DNA from: Hormiphora californensis
Lineage: Eukaryota; Animalia; Ctenophora
Assembly: GCA_020137815.1 (NCBI GenBank)
Contig: CM035353.1
Coordinates: forward strand, 6,944,001-7,008,000
Length of the DNA stretch: 64,000 nucleotides
Reading direction: 5' to 3'
Shown: in pieces, positions 20,949 to 33,995 of the stretch
Layout: each line of letters opens with the position of its first letter
Position numbering within the stretch: position 1 is the stretch's first letter
Position numbers and translations under genes: made by a program
The notes under the pieces: model-generated
Told to the model about the DNA's origin: nothing
Seen by the model: only the letters and a program-made list of their open reading frames with translations
Databases searched by the model: none

Positions 20949-23900
20949 GTGATAACTGATAGCGGGGAACCCGTTCTCTCTACACGGTGTGACGTCATCG
21001 TTACTGTAACTGATGTAAATGATAGTCCTCCCGTCTTCTCCATGCCTGAATACTCTCTCACCACGTGCACCTCCGCTCAACCAGGTATACATTGATTAAT
21101 TAGTTAATTAACGTTGATTAATTAATTGATTAATTAATTAACATGCTTTGACTCAAATCAGGTTTTCAGAGTTTCTCGGAATTTTTTTATTCCAACTTTC
21201 ACATTTAACTCTGAATTACATCCCGGTAGCTCGCAAACATCCTCGCTACCCGTCCCCTAATATCCCCCCAATATATATTTAGGTACGGTCCTCCTGACCT
21301 TCACCCTTACGGATGCGGATGGGTCTGGTAATGGTGGTCCCTTTACTCTGGCCCTATCTGAACCATCGCCCCTATTCGATATCCAGGGACTGGACCTCAG
21401 GTGAGTAATAACATGTGTGGATCATATTGAATGGTTCAAACAATTGAGTATATCATCATGGGATCGACACATATCAACCCCCCCCCCCCCCCCCCCAGAT
21501 TAACCACTCCCCTGGATCTATCTCCCTATTCAACCCCCCCCTCCCAGATTAACCTCTCCCCTGGATCTATCTCCCTATTCAACCCCCCCCCCCCCCCCCC
21601 CCCCCAGATTAACCTCCCCCCTGGATCTATCTCCCCCTATTCAACCCCCCCCCCCCCCAGATTAACATCTCCCCTGGATCTATCTCCCTATTCGACGTAT
21701 AACCTGGTCGTCATGGCAACAGACTCCGGATCCCCTGGAATGTCCAGCAAAGCAATGGTTAACGTTACTGTCCAGCCTGATAATGTGTTTCTACCTGTGT
21801 TCGAGCCAGTCATTGCGTACCTACCAACTCAGGGTGGTGTCGTTGCTAACACTCAGGTGAGAATATGTTATTACTTACTCATGTTGTTTAACCTTTCTTT
21901 ACATTTGTAATCTCTCTCGCCGTCGATCTCCCGGCCTAAATCATGAACTCATTATTTCTGATAGTATAACCACCCTTTTTTCTGTTTGATATTAACCACC
22001 CTTTAACCACCCATTAACCACCCTTTTCTCCCTTACTGCAGGTGGTGAACCTGACTGCATCAGATGACGACTATAACACAATCCTAGTGTTCTCTCTGAA
22101 CCGACCCTCTTCTGACTTCACCCTCCTACCCAACGGTACCCTTCTCTCCACCCTCACACCCTCGCCTGGACTCCACAAGCTCACCATTGCCATCAGTGAC
22201 GGCCGGAACAGGGAGCTGGGGCAAGTCAGGGTCCAGGTCTTCCCCCTGGAGGCAGCTGTTGATCCCCTAGTTCTCCGACTAGAGGGCCGTTTTGATCGCT
22301 ACCTCTTTATCGGAGTCCTAGCTGGGATCCTCCAAACCAATCCCTCTGACGTCATTATCCTGGCAGTGACGTCACCTGCAAGGAACCGTCGTGACGTCAC
22401 TTCATCCGGCCTGGTTGAGGTGACCCTGGCCGTGAAACGACCTGGTGATGACATCACCTTTCATGACATCCAAGGAGATCCTAGCTACCCTCAGCAGGGA
22501 AATACCCGTTCTACAACAACGGACGGGCATCACAGTGGCCTCCCTGGACCGGGATTTGTGTCTCAAAGAGCCATGTCACGTGACTGCCTCTTGTGACGTC
22601 ACGACAACCTATATCTGGGACAGCTGAGGGAGTGTTGGTTACCCCTCCAGAGCTCCAAGTGTACCTGCCCACCTGGGTACCGGGGATCACGGTGTGACTG
22701 AGGTGATCCCGTGTGAGGTTAACCCTTGCCAGAACGGTGGTTCTTGTCAGGAGGGAGGAGGAGGAGGATCGGAGGTGTGTGAGTGTACTCCACACTGGAC
22801 TGGGAAGTACTGTGAGTTGCCCACAAGGTGGTGCAGTGAGAACCCGTGTCTTAACGGTGGGACTTGTAGAGATGAAGCTGTGGGCTTCACCTGTTTCTGT
22901 GAGAATGGATTCAAAGGGGACAGATGTGAGGTAATTATTAGTTGGGGGGTGGGGGGAGGGGGTTCACCATAACAATTTCCATTGATACCCACTTTTTGGT
23001 AAATGGAAATTTTATTGATATCAGTATTGTGGCCACCACACGGCCAACTCAAAGTCTAAACTCTCTCCCCATATTTCCTGCAGGTAAACGTGATACCGGG
23101 TGATCTCTGTGAGTCATCCCTCTGTACCCGGAACTCCGTGTGTACTAGTGGAGCGAGGAACGTAACGTGCACGTGCAAGGAGGGGTGGGGTGGTGTACAC
23201 TGTACCTACAGGATCACAGATACCAGAGGATGGTGTGATGACAACCCCTGTCTACACGGGGGTCGGTGTGAGGGGGAGAGGTGTGAGTGTGAGCGGGGCT
23301 TCAAGGGGAGGAGGTGTGAGGTGAATATTGACGAGTGTGCAGGGAGCCCCTGTAGGAATGGTGGGAAATGCAAAGATGGAGTTAACGGGTTTGTGTGTGA
23401 GTGCAGGGGAGGATTCAGTGGACAGAGGTGTGAGAAAACGGAACAAGCTTGTGATGCTAATCCCTGTAGAAATGAAGGATTCTGCCACGATATAGATAAG
23501 GTATGGACACGAGTGTAGTCACTAACTGTGTAGTTTAGTTACCTCACTGGACACATGTTAATAAAACTCATTTAATGATCGGGATATGTGTTGACTTACC
23601 TCCATATATTCAACCCCCCCCCCCCCACAGGATAAATACCTATGTGACTGCCCGAGGGGTTTTGTTGGAGATAACTGTGAGACTTCCCTCATCTCACCCA
23701 ACTATTGTAGTCCCTCTCCATGTGGGGCTAACACACAATTCTGTACTTCAGGTAACAGTTCTGACACTGTGTAAAGTGTGAACAATTCAAGTTCAAATGA
23801 ACCAGCCGGGTTATTTTCTATGTACATGTAAATGTTTGGCAGCCAAACTTTGCCTGTTTGCTTTGCTAAGTTACTGAGTTTGAAAATAGTGTGCCATCAT

Positions 23901-24081
23901 GACCCTGACCCCTGTTATTATAGGTGTACGGGGCTACACGTGTACTTGTTTGCCACGCTGGACTGGGAGACACTGTGACGTATTCAACACCTCCGCAGCA
24001 CCCTGTGACCTTAATCCCTGTCTGAACGGAGGATCCTGCTTATCAAGGTACTATCTTGAGATCTCTCTCTCTAGTATCTCT

Positions 24082-24138
<57 letters not shown>

Positions 24139-27100
24139 GTCTCTCACTCTATCTCTCAGGCCAATGAACATTCCCTCTCTCAGGCCAATGAACATCCCCT
24201 CTCTCAGGCCAATGAACATCCTCTCTCTCCCAGGCCAATGAACATCCTCTCTCTCCCAGGCCAATGAACATCCTCTCTCTATCTCTCAGGCCAATGAACA
24301 TCCCCTCTCTCCCAGGCCAATGAACATCCCCTCTCTATCTCTCAGGCCAATGAACATCCCCTCTATCTCAGGCCAATGAACATCCCCTCTCTCAGGCCAA
24401 TGAACATCCCCTCTCTCCCAGGCCAATGAACATCCCCTCTCTATCTCTCAGGCCAATGAACATCCCCTCTCTCCCAGGCCAATGAACATCCCCTCTCTCA
24501 GGCCAATGAACATCCCCTCTATCTCAGGCCAATGAACATCCCCTCTCTATCTCTCAGGCCAATGAACATTCCCTCTCTCAGGCCAATGAACATCCCCTCT
24601 CTCCCAGGCCAATGAACATCCTCTCTCTATCTCTCAGGCCAATGAACATCCCCTCTCTCCCAGGCCAATGAACATCCTCACTCTATCTCTCAGGCCAATG
24701 AACATCCTCTATCTCAGGCCAATGAACATCCCCTCTCTCCCAGGCCAATGAACATTCCCTCTCTCAGGCCAATGAACATCCCCTCTCTCCCAGGCCAATG
24801 AACATCCCCTCTCTCAGGCCAATGAACATCCCCTCTATCTCAGGCCAATGAACATCCCCTCTCTATCTCTCAGGCCAATGAACATCCCCTCTCTCCCAGG
24901 CCAATGAACATCCTCTCTCTATCTCTCAGGCCAATGAACATCCCCTCTCTCCCAGGCCAATGAACATCCTCACTCTATCTCTCAGGCCAATGAACATTCC
25001 CTCTCTCAGGCCAATGAACATCCCCTCTCTCCCAGGCCAATGAACATCCTCTCTCTATCTCTCAGGCCAATGAACATCCCCTCTCTCCCAGGCCAATGAA
25101 CATCCTCACTCTATCTCTCAGGCCAATGAACATCCCCTCTCTCCCAGGCCAATGAACATCCTCTCTCTATCTCTCAGGCCAATGAACATCCCCTCTCTCC
25201 CAGGCCAATGAACATCCTCACTCTATCTCTCAGGCCAATGAACATTCCCTCTCTCAGGCCAATGAACATCCTCTCTCTCTCTCTAGTATCCCCTCTCTAT
25301 CTCAGGCCAATGAACATCCCATATCTGTACGAGTGTCGTTGCGAAGAGGGGTTCCGGGGAAACCAATGTGAGGAGCGTATCGACAGATGCGCCACAGACC
25401 CATGTCTGAACGGGGCCACGTGTGTCGATAAAACAAACACATATGAGTGTGTCTGCAGGTCTGTGTGTTACCCAGTGTCCACACATTTCAATATATTGGT
25501 TCTTGTTAGATTTGAAACAGTATTTGATTTAGTTGGATTAATTAAAATGAGAGATATATTATAAAATACAATAAGAGATATTACCCCCACACAGATCAGG
25601 GTACAGAGGTCGGCACTGTGACATTACCCATGATCCTTGTCTACTGCTACCCTGTCGTAATGGAGGTATCTGTCACAATGTGGGGGACAGCTACGTGTGC
25701 CAATGTGGCGCATCCCAAACTGGTGAGTACACAAACATACCTGTAGACCCCATCACCATGACAACACACCTGTAGTAGACCCCATCACCATGACAACATA
25801 CCTGTAGACCCTATCACCATGACAACACACCTGTAGTGGGCCCCATTTTATCATCGTGTTCTGCGTCTCATAATCGACAGGGAATGAAGTTTTCTCTCGA
25901 TTTGCGATAGGTACGATTGCCCCAGTTTCTACTATGGCTAATGCTTCACGCCAGCTGTAATTAATATTGATTATTGTTCAGGGCGGCACTGTGAGAAAGA
26001 ACTAACATACTGTCCCGCGGGATACTGCAGGAACGGTGGCAACTGTGGCCTAATGGTTGATGGTTCGGTTCAGTGTGCCTGTAAACTGGGTTACTATGGT
26101 GATTATTGTCAACACAGGTAAACTATAGCTGTTACTATGGTGATTTGTGCCTCCTCATCTCTCTAGTCTCGAACCCTCCCATCACCCTGTCTCACACACA
26201 GGACCCGATTTTGTGCCTCATCACCCTGTCTGAACACGGGCAAGTGTATTGAAGCAGAGGAGGGGTACCGGTGTGACTGCCCCCGGGGTTACAATGGACC
26301 ACAGTGTCAGAGGACCGAGGTTACCATCAAACCTGGAGGTATAATGGGGGTGTACTATTTACCTAGCTATAACATTTACATTGTCAGTTATTGAATCTAT
26401 ATAACAGATCAGATTAATTAAATCAATTTGATTGTATAACAAGCTCCCCGCAGGTCACATTGCACTTGGTAGCAAAGTGCTCACATTCTCCACCCTGTCC
26501 CTGAAGATAAGGACCACATCCCGTTCCGGGTTGTTGCTGTATAGCGGCCGGTACGGAGGCGGTGCTGATTACATTACCGTCTATCTCTTCTCTGGACGGG
26601 TAGGTCTATCTTGTATTGATTTGAAATTGCAAAGATAAACTTTTGGTAATTGAACTAATTGACAGTAAAAAAGGGAATTCAACAGTGTGTCACACACACA
26701 TATCTCTCTGTACAGGTGCGTGCTGATTACTCTCTTGGTGGGACCCGGGGGAGCCAGGTTGAAGTACCGACAGTGGTATCAGATGGTAGATGGCACAGGG
26801 TCCTCCTGATCCTGAACAGCAAGCAAATCACATTACAAGTTGATGAATGTGAGAACACAGCACAGTGCGAGATATCCGACATTGTATCAGGTATATAAAA
26901 TTAGTAGTAGTACGTGAGATACAACAAGCATTAAATATTGATCTACCGAACCCTCAAAGAGTGTGCCGTGTGAGCCACACAAGCTTATTATAGTGTAGTT
27001 AATTGACCAATGCTTTCAATATGAGTCTCATACCTACTATAGTACCCATATAACAGTTCTGAATAGTGAACACTGCATGTTTACACAGGACCCTACTACT

Positions 27101-28961
27101 ACCTAAATAGTGAACACCATGTTTGTTGTTTGTAACACCATGTTTACACAGGACCCTACTACTACCTAAATACCAACACCCCCATATACCTGGGGGGAGT
27201 TGACTACCCATACAACTACCTGCCTGAGAGCCTCTATGAGGGGTGTATTAGGGAGTTCACTGTTGACGGCGAGATAATGGACTTTTCCCGACTTGTATCA
27301 GGTATGTAGTGTGAATCAGGTATTTTTAAATTACAGTCAGGCCCCGATTTACCGAGAGGGTAAACTTCCCCCGATAAAGGTAATTTACCCTTTCCCCGGT
27401 GCATGGTTGCTATGGTTACTACTCCACTCTCTTCAACAGGAGTGCAGTTTTCAGAGGGCTGCTCAGAGTGTGATAAAGAATGTACTGCACCACTTCGGTG
27501 TCTGCCTGGTTCAGGAGCGGGCAAGTCATGTCAGTGCCCTTGGGGGAGAACAGGACGGGATTGCTCTACCTCCTCGCCCTCAATAACCCTGACTACCGGT
27601 AACTGTGTTACATTATCATCAAACCAAAACCGCGAGGTTTACTATATTATATTTTCGACGTTTAAATCAGGCCCGACAGAAGGTGAGTACTAGCAGTTCG
27701 TTACCTAGCAACCAACTCAATTCTTACAGGCGGTGTAAATGGGGTGCAATTTGAACGACGTCTCCTGCTCAACTCTTTTTCCCTGCAAATTCGGACAAGG
27801 ATACCGAACTGCCTGATATTACTAATTGCCAGCCCGAGAGACAACCAAGTATGAATTGTTAGGGAATTAATTACTCAAATTAATCACTAATTTACTTAAA
27901 TACTTAATTACTAGTTATCCGATCCTGAAATATCTACGATTGAATTTGATGTCTTCCAATTTGAAATCCACCCCTTTCCTTATACATAATTCTAATACCT
28001 CTCAATCTCTTTAACCTTTTTAATCATCGTATCGCCTTCCTCAGGAACTTTATCATTATATTCGATTCCTCCCTCAGGACTTTATAATTGTATCCCTGTC
28101 GGAGGGGCAGCCCGTACTCTCTCTATCATCCTCAACCCACCTCATAATCGCGGGCCGCCGGGCTAACGACGGACAGTGGCACACCCTGACCTTCACCCAA
28201 ACCCTGGATTCGATATCTCTGGAGATGGACGGGGGTACCTCTAGAGCAGCGGGGACAATTCCAGGGGAGAGCTACAGAAGGGGAGTTGAGAGCAATATCT
28301 TGTTGAGTTTTGGTGGACAGCTCAGGGAGGTCGGGGTCCTGGATTTATCAGGTATGTGAGAATGTCTGATTTAGAATTCTCCTCCAGACTGTCTTATCCA
28401 CCTCCCCACTAACACCCATACCAGATTTAGGTGTAGTACCGGCAACTAACACCCATATTTAGGTGTAGTACTGACCCAATATGTACCCTCTCTAGGTTGG
28501 TCTGTGGACACGGCAGCAAGGTCTGGAATGGTGGGGTGTGTCCGGGATGTAAGAATAGATGGTAGAGAGGTGAATCTAATCAGCAATACAATGGAATCAT
28601 CCCTTGCCGGAACATCCCGTGAGTTATCTAGATCTTGTTGAGGGTGTGAGAGAGAGGGGCCCTAATACTCAACAAGTCAGTTCAGTACCACCTGTAACTC
28701 TAATTCGGATTGTTGAGCAACTCAACAACACCGCGGAAAGGAGTTAATTTCCCTCAATACCCTTCGTCAATTGATCATTTAAACTTGTTATTTTAATTAA
28801 ACTTGTTAAACTAATTAATTTTCAGCACGTATGGGGTGCGATGTTCCTCCTACGTGTCTAACAGCTGAGTGCCCTACCACCCACACATGCCTTGATATTT
28901 GGGGAGACTTTCAGTGTACCTGCCCACCTAACTTCTCAGGTTTGAAATAAAGGGAGAGACT

Positions 28962-28996
<35 letters not shown>

Positions 28997-29004
28997 CGAT
29001 AGAA

Positions 29005-29069
<65 letters not shown>

Positions 29070-29074
29070 GGCAC

Positions 29075-29115
<41 letters not shown>

Positions 29116-32100
29116 TATAACAGCCCTTCCTTCTCAGGAGCGAGATGCAACTGCCCAGCGGGCTATAAGGGATCATCCTGTCAGTATGAAATTAATGAGT
29201 GTTCCCCCTCCCCTTGTATACATGCTACATCTTGTGTGGACAAACTTAACGACTTTACATGTACATGCAAATCAGGGTGAGTAACATTGTAAAATTTTGA
29301 GATATAATATAATTCTTTAGGTAGCACTGCTTGTACAACTTATAACACCCCCCAGTGTTATAAGTTTTCACTTATAACACCCCCCAGTGTTATAAGTTTT
29401 CACTTATAACACCCCCCAGTGATACATGAAAACTTATAACACTGCTGCACTTAGAACTCCACTGTTTCTGTTACACTTAAAAACCGTTAGAAAGATAAGC
29501 ATTTACGAACTCCCTCCCCCTCTCTCTCTCTCTTTCTTTATGTCACACTCTCACGCCGTTGCAGCACCGAGATCAAGATAACAGTTACGAACTCCCGGAC
29601 CCACGTCCCACACATTCTTTATCTCTCTCACTCTCACTAATCTCTCACTCTCTTTACCTATCTCAGGCGTTATCTTATCTTATACTGATATCTCTGCCTG
29701 CTACCAGATCATGAATTCGCTCTATTGTTACGCCCTAAAGTTTCCCTCACTCTTGTTTTAAAAATTTTACAATGCAATTTTATTATGCCTATTTTCGTTG
29801 TACCTGACATCAACAATAATGTCCCAGATTCTTACACTTTTAGACCTCGCAGGCTCGGTCAAAAAGTAAAACTACATCACTCGCAGGCTCATGAGGTAGT
29901 TACACTTAGTGGCACTCGCAGGCTCGTGCACTAAAGTACAAGAATCTGCCTCGACCTGTGGTCTCGGATCATTATTGTTGCACTTATAACACTCGACCTT
30001 CGGTCTCGTGTTATAAGTTTTCAGGTACAACTTATAGGCATAATAAAATCCTACATTATACATGCCTTCCCCCGCGTGGCGTGATTGTTGTGTTTGTGTC
30101 ACCATTTTCAACCCAAAGGTGCTTTCTGGTCGTGGCGTGACATTATGCTAAGCCCATATGTAAAACCCTTTCTCCCGACCTGATCCCGGTAAATCAGGGT
30201 CCGACTGACATGACTTTCTAATGCTCAGGTACAGTGGTAAGAGGTGCGAGGAGGAAGTGAATGAGTGTGCGGGCATTCCCTGTCAGAACGGTGGATCATG
30301 TACAGATCTTGTTAACGGATTCAAATGTACCTGTGCAGCAAGGTGAGTTGTATTTAGTTAACTAATTAGCATTGTTATAGTCACCCAAGATAGATATATG
30401 ATTTGGGGGGGGGGGGGTGTTTCCATAATGTTGTAGACATTTCAAAGTGCAATTTTATAAATGTACAACTTTCAGAATCACAATATCATATATACTTGTA
30501 CAGCTACATACAATATTATTATACCAAAACTAATTGAAATTAGTAGGCCGGAAAGGTTGCCTTACAATTTGAGCTACCTTTGGCACCGTAACTTTCACGG
30601 GGTATAGACAGGTTACAGATGCTTCGGTTATCTTCAAAAGGGAATGTACTAGTGCCAAAGGTAGCTCAAATTGTAAGGCAACCTTTCCGGCCTACTAATT
30701 TCAATTAGTTTTGGTATAATTTGCATCATTTTTGGGATTTTTTATCCATGTAGATTTAGTGGAATAGGTACAGAGATATTAGAGTCACGAAATAGAGAAA
30801 TTTTCATTTTTGACGTCATTTTGACGTCATAAAATGACGTCACGACGTTGTAACGTCAAAATTATGACGTCATATTATCGGGCCCACCTAGATGAAGATA
30901 CTGACCAAGTTTGAGATCGATTGGATGAGATTTGATTCCGCTATAGCGAAAAAACCCATAACGTCATATCTGTTTATAAACAGTCATAACACTTTAGACG
31001 CGTTTTAAGACCCTTATACGTCTGGTTTTCAAAATTCACGATACAGTTTCTGAAAGTTCAGACAATTCTCTTTCCATGATATAGTCTTCGATTTTCGATT
31101 AGAATCCGTCTTCAGGGTGTAAATTGAGCGCAAAGAATTTTGGCTAGAGTCTGAAAAATGACGACTTTAGGACGTTCTGTAGGACGTTCCTGGCGATGAA
31201 AAGGGACCCCACTACGACTAATGCACACACATCCAGTAGATTGACCAGCTGTGAAAAGATGAAGTCTCTATCTCTTTTCGTTTGGCGACACATTCACTTA
31301 TAAAAAGCGTCTCTCCTATGCGCGCGCGCGCGTACATGCCTGTTACACTGAATTTAGGGCAAATGGGACCTGTCTGTAACTTCGGTTCCAGATGAGATAG
31401 AGACTTGAAATTTTGAACTTGAGTCAAAGACCCCAAGCCGGGTATACATTCCAAATTTCAAGTCAAACGGATGAAAGGGAGCCACGCTATAGCCTTCTGA
31501 AATCTGGATTTTCAGCCAAACACCCATAAAACGTATAACTGCGTTTCTGGCGGCGCTTTTGGAGGGGGGGGGAATGGCAACCTTTGCGCTTGCCAGCGCA
31601 GTGATTACTCTCGTTGATTTGTTTGCTTTTAAAAACTACGATTATTATATTATGCAGAGATATGAGATAAAATATTAAGCACTACTTCATGAATCTCGCA
31701 ATATAAGTTCAGTAAAAAGGGCAGTCAGTTTAGTGAGACATGAACATACGTGAGCGCGGTGAGGGTTCGGTATAGATCAAACATCTCACTGCAAGTTCAT
31801 TGAAAACCATGGTGATGGTTACCTAGATGGTTACCATGCCATGGTAACCATGGTTACACACTACAAGTTCAGTGAAAAGTTCAGTCCACCCCCATGATGT
31901 AAACCATGGTGATGATGACCATGGCGATGATGACCATGTTTATTTCTATGCTTCTGATGTGCCTCCCGATAATCCCACATCAACACCAGGGCTGTCATGA
32001 ATGCCACATCCACACCTGGCTCCACAGTAAGGTGGTATGTGTCTGCACCAAGTCTCATAAGGGAGGCTCCTAGTCCATCTTGGGAGAGGTGAGCATACAC

Positions 32101-33957
32101 AATGGCAGGGTTCTGTGCGTCAACAATGCGGATGGAGGGAGAGATCAGACCATCTGCTTCCATTATCATTGACGGCACTCCCGTCCTGTGAAAGGAGGGT
32201 GTTGAAATTAGTTAGTGGACATAATAACACTAGTTCGCCACACCCCCGAGTAGTATGATATAGGTCGGACCCCGATTTACCGGGAATAGCCCTAATTTCC
32301 ACCGATCTCCGACTGTAGCTATTATACCACTCGCCTGGACCATGACAGAGCATAACACGGCGTCATACACATTTCTATTTGGAATTTCTATCTGGAGTTT
32401 CTGTTTGGAATTTCTATCTGGAAGAACCGCACGTGCAGATGCGCCGCGCCGCGGCTCAAATTCACGTGCGAGATTAAAGAGAGAGACACACATTAACGTT
32501 ATACGATTGTCTCTCACTCTCTCTGGAAAAACCGCACGTGCAGATGCGCCGCGCCGCGGCTCAAATTCACGTGCGTGTTATACAGGTTCTGACAGAGAAT
32601 GCGAGCAAGAAATTCTAGGTGGAAATGTGTATGACGAACTGTTACTCCCCCCCCCCCCCTCCAAGACCCCCACCCGCCCGGCCCCCAACCCCCTATCCCG
32701 GGATGACCCCCCAACCAACCCCGCCCCCCACGCCGGCATTACTCACTGTATAGGATGGAAATCGGATGCGAATGGTGGTTGGTGGATGTACACGTAGCAC
32801 TTTTGTGACGTAAATGCCATTTTCTCAAACACCATGGTAACTCGTCTCTCCTGAAGACTCTGGCCCCCGTTCAAAGCCCAGTTATTGAACTGACTGAAGA
32901 GAGAGTGGGGGTTATTGTTTATGAGCTGGACTGGCCCCGTTCAAAGCCCAGTTATTGAATTGACTGAAGAGAGAGAGAGAGTGGAGGTTATTGGTTTGAT
33001 CTGTCAATAACGCGTGTTCCAGTTCTCACAATGTAGAGTTTTTCTCCTTGATTTCACAGACACAGTTTCCCATTACATCCAGTAAGAAGTAGTTACGGTT
33101 GAACCCACTCAGCACATTATTCACCTAGCGATATGTAGCTTAGTTACCATGGTTACACTCAGTATGTATCTTAGTTACCATGGTTACTCTCAGTACGTAC
33201 AGGGTGTCCCACTGTCTTTGCACCACCTGCGATTTTGAGTCATGACTAGGCTCCATCAAAAGACAGTGGGACACCCTAGGTAGAATGAGAGCAATGCAGG
33301 TTGATCTATTGAGCATGGTGTCAGGTGTGGCTTTGATGTTTAATTGTAGCTCGTTGTTAGATAATTGTAACAAATTGATAATTACAGTCGGACCCCGATT
33401 AACCGGGCAAAACCCTAGTTCCCCCGAGCATCCCAGTAAATCCCAGTACATCGGGGTCCGCCTGTAATTGTTAATGAACACCCACCGCAAACCATGGTTG
33501 TCCTGTTCCCGCATCAGATATTTGGAAGTTATTATCGTAGCTCATTGTAGCCTCTCTCAGTACCAGCTGGACATGCCGGTTGTTACAGAACTGTGGTCCA
33601 AAGACACACACTCTCTGGGTGGGGTCTCCATTACCGGCAGGAACCAGAGCAGGTTGATTTGGTACAACTATAGTCTGCATTGCTAGAACGAGGTAGCAGC
33701 TGGTTAAATAGGATGCTTGTATTGTGCTGGTACAACTATATATAGTCTGCATGTTTCAATACACCCTTCTACCTGCAAAGCCTGATATCAATCAATCAAA
33801 GCTACCTCGGTGCAGGTAGTTTGAATATGAAATCTGGAGAAAATAAATATAACCATTGATAACGAGACGGCAGAATGTTTGTATTGCAGTGTGAGATCAG
33901 AAGACATGACAATGTAGAGACAGGTAGGTCAGTACTCGGTACATACTGAGAGATAGA

Positions 33958-33995
<38 letters not shown>

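Noticed and set aside
24150-25320. CRISPR-like repeat-spacer array
   Set aside because: Spacers are only variable CT tracts, the context is a eukaryotic intron, and there are no cas genes
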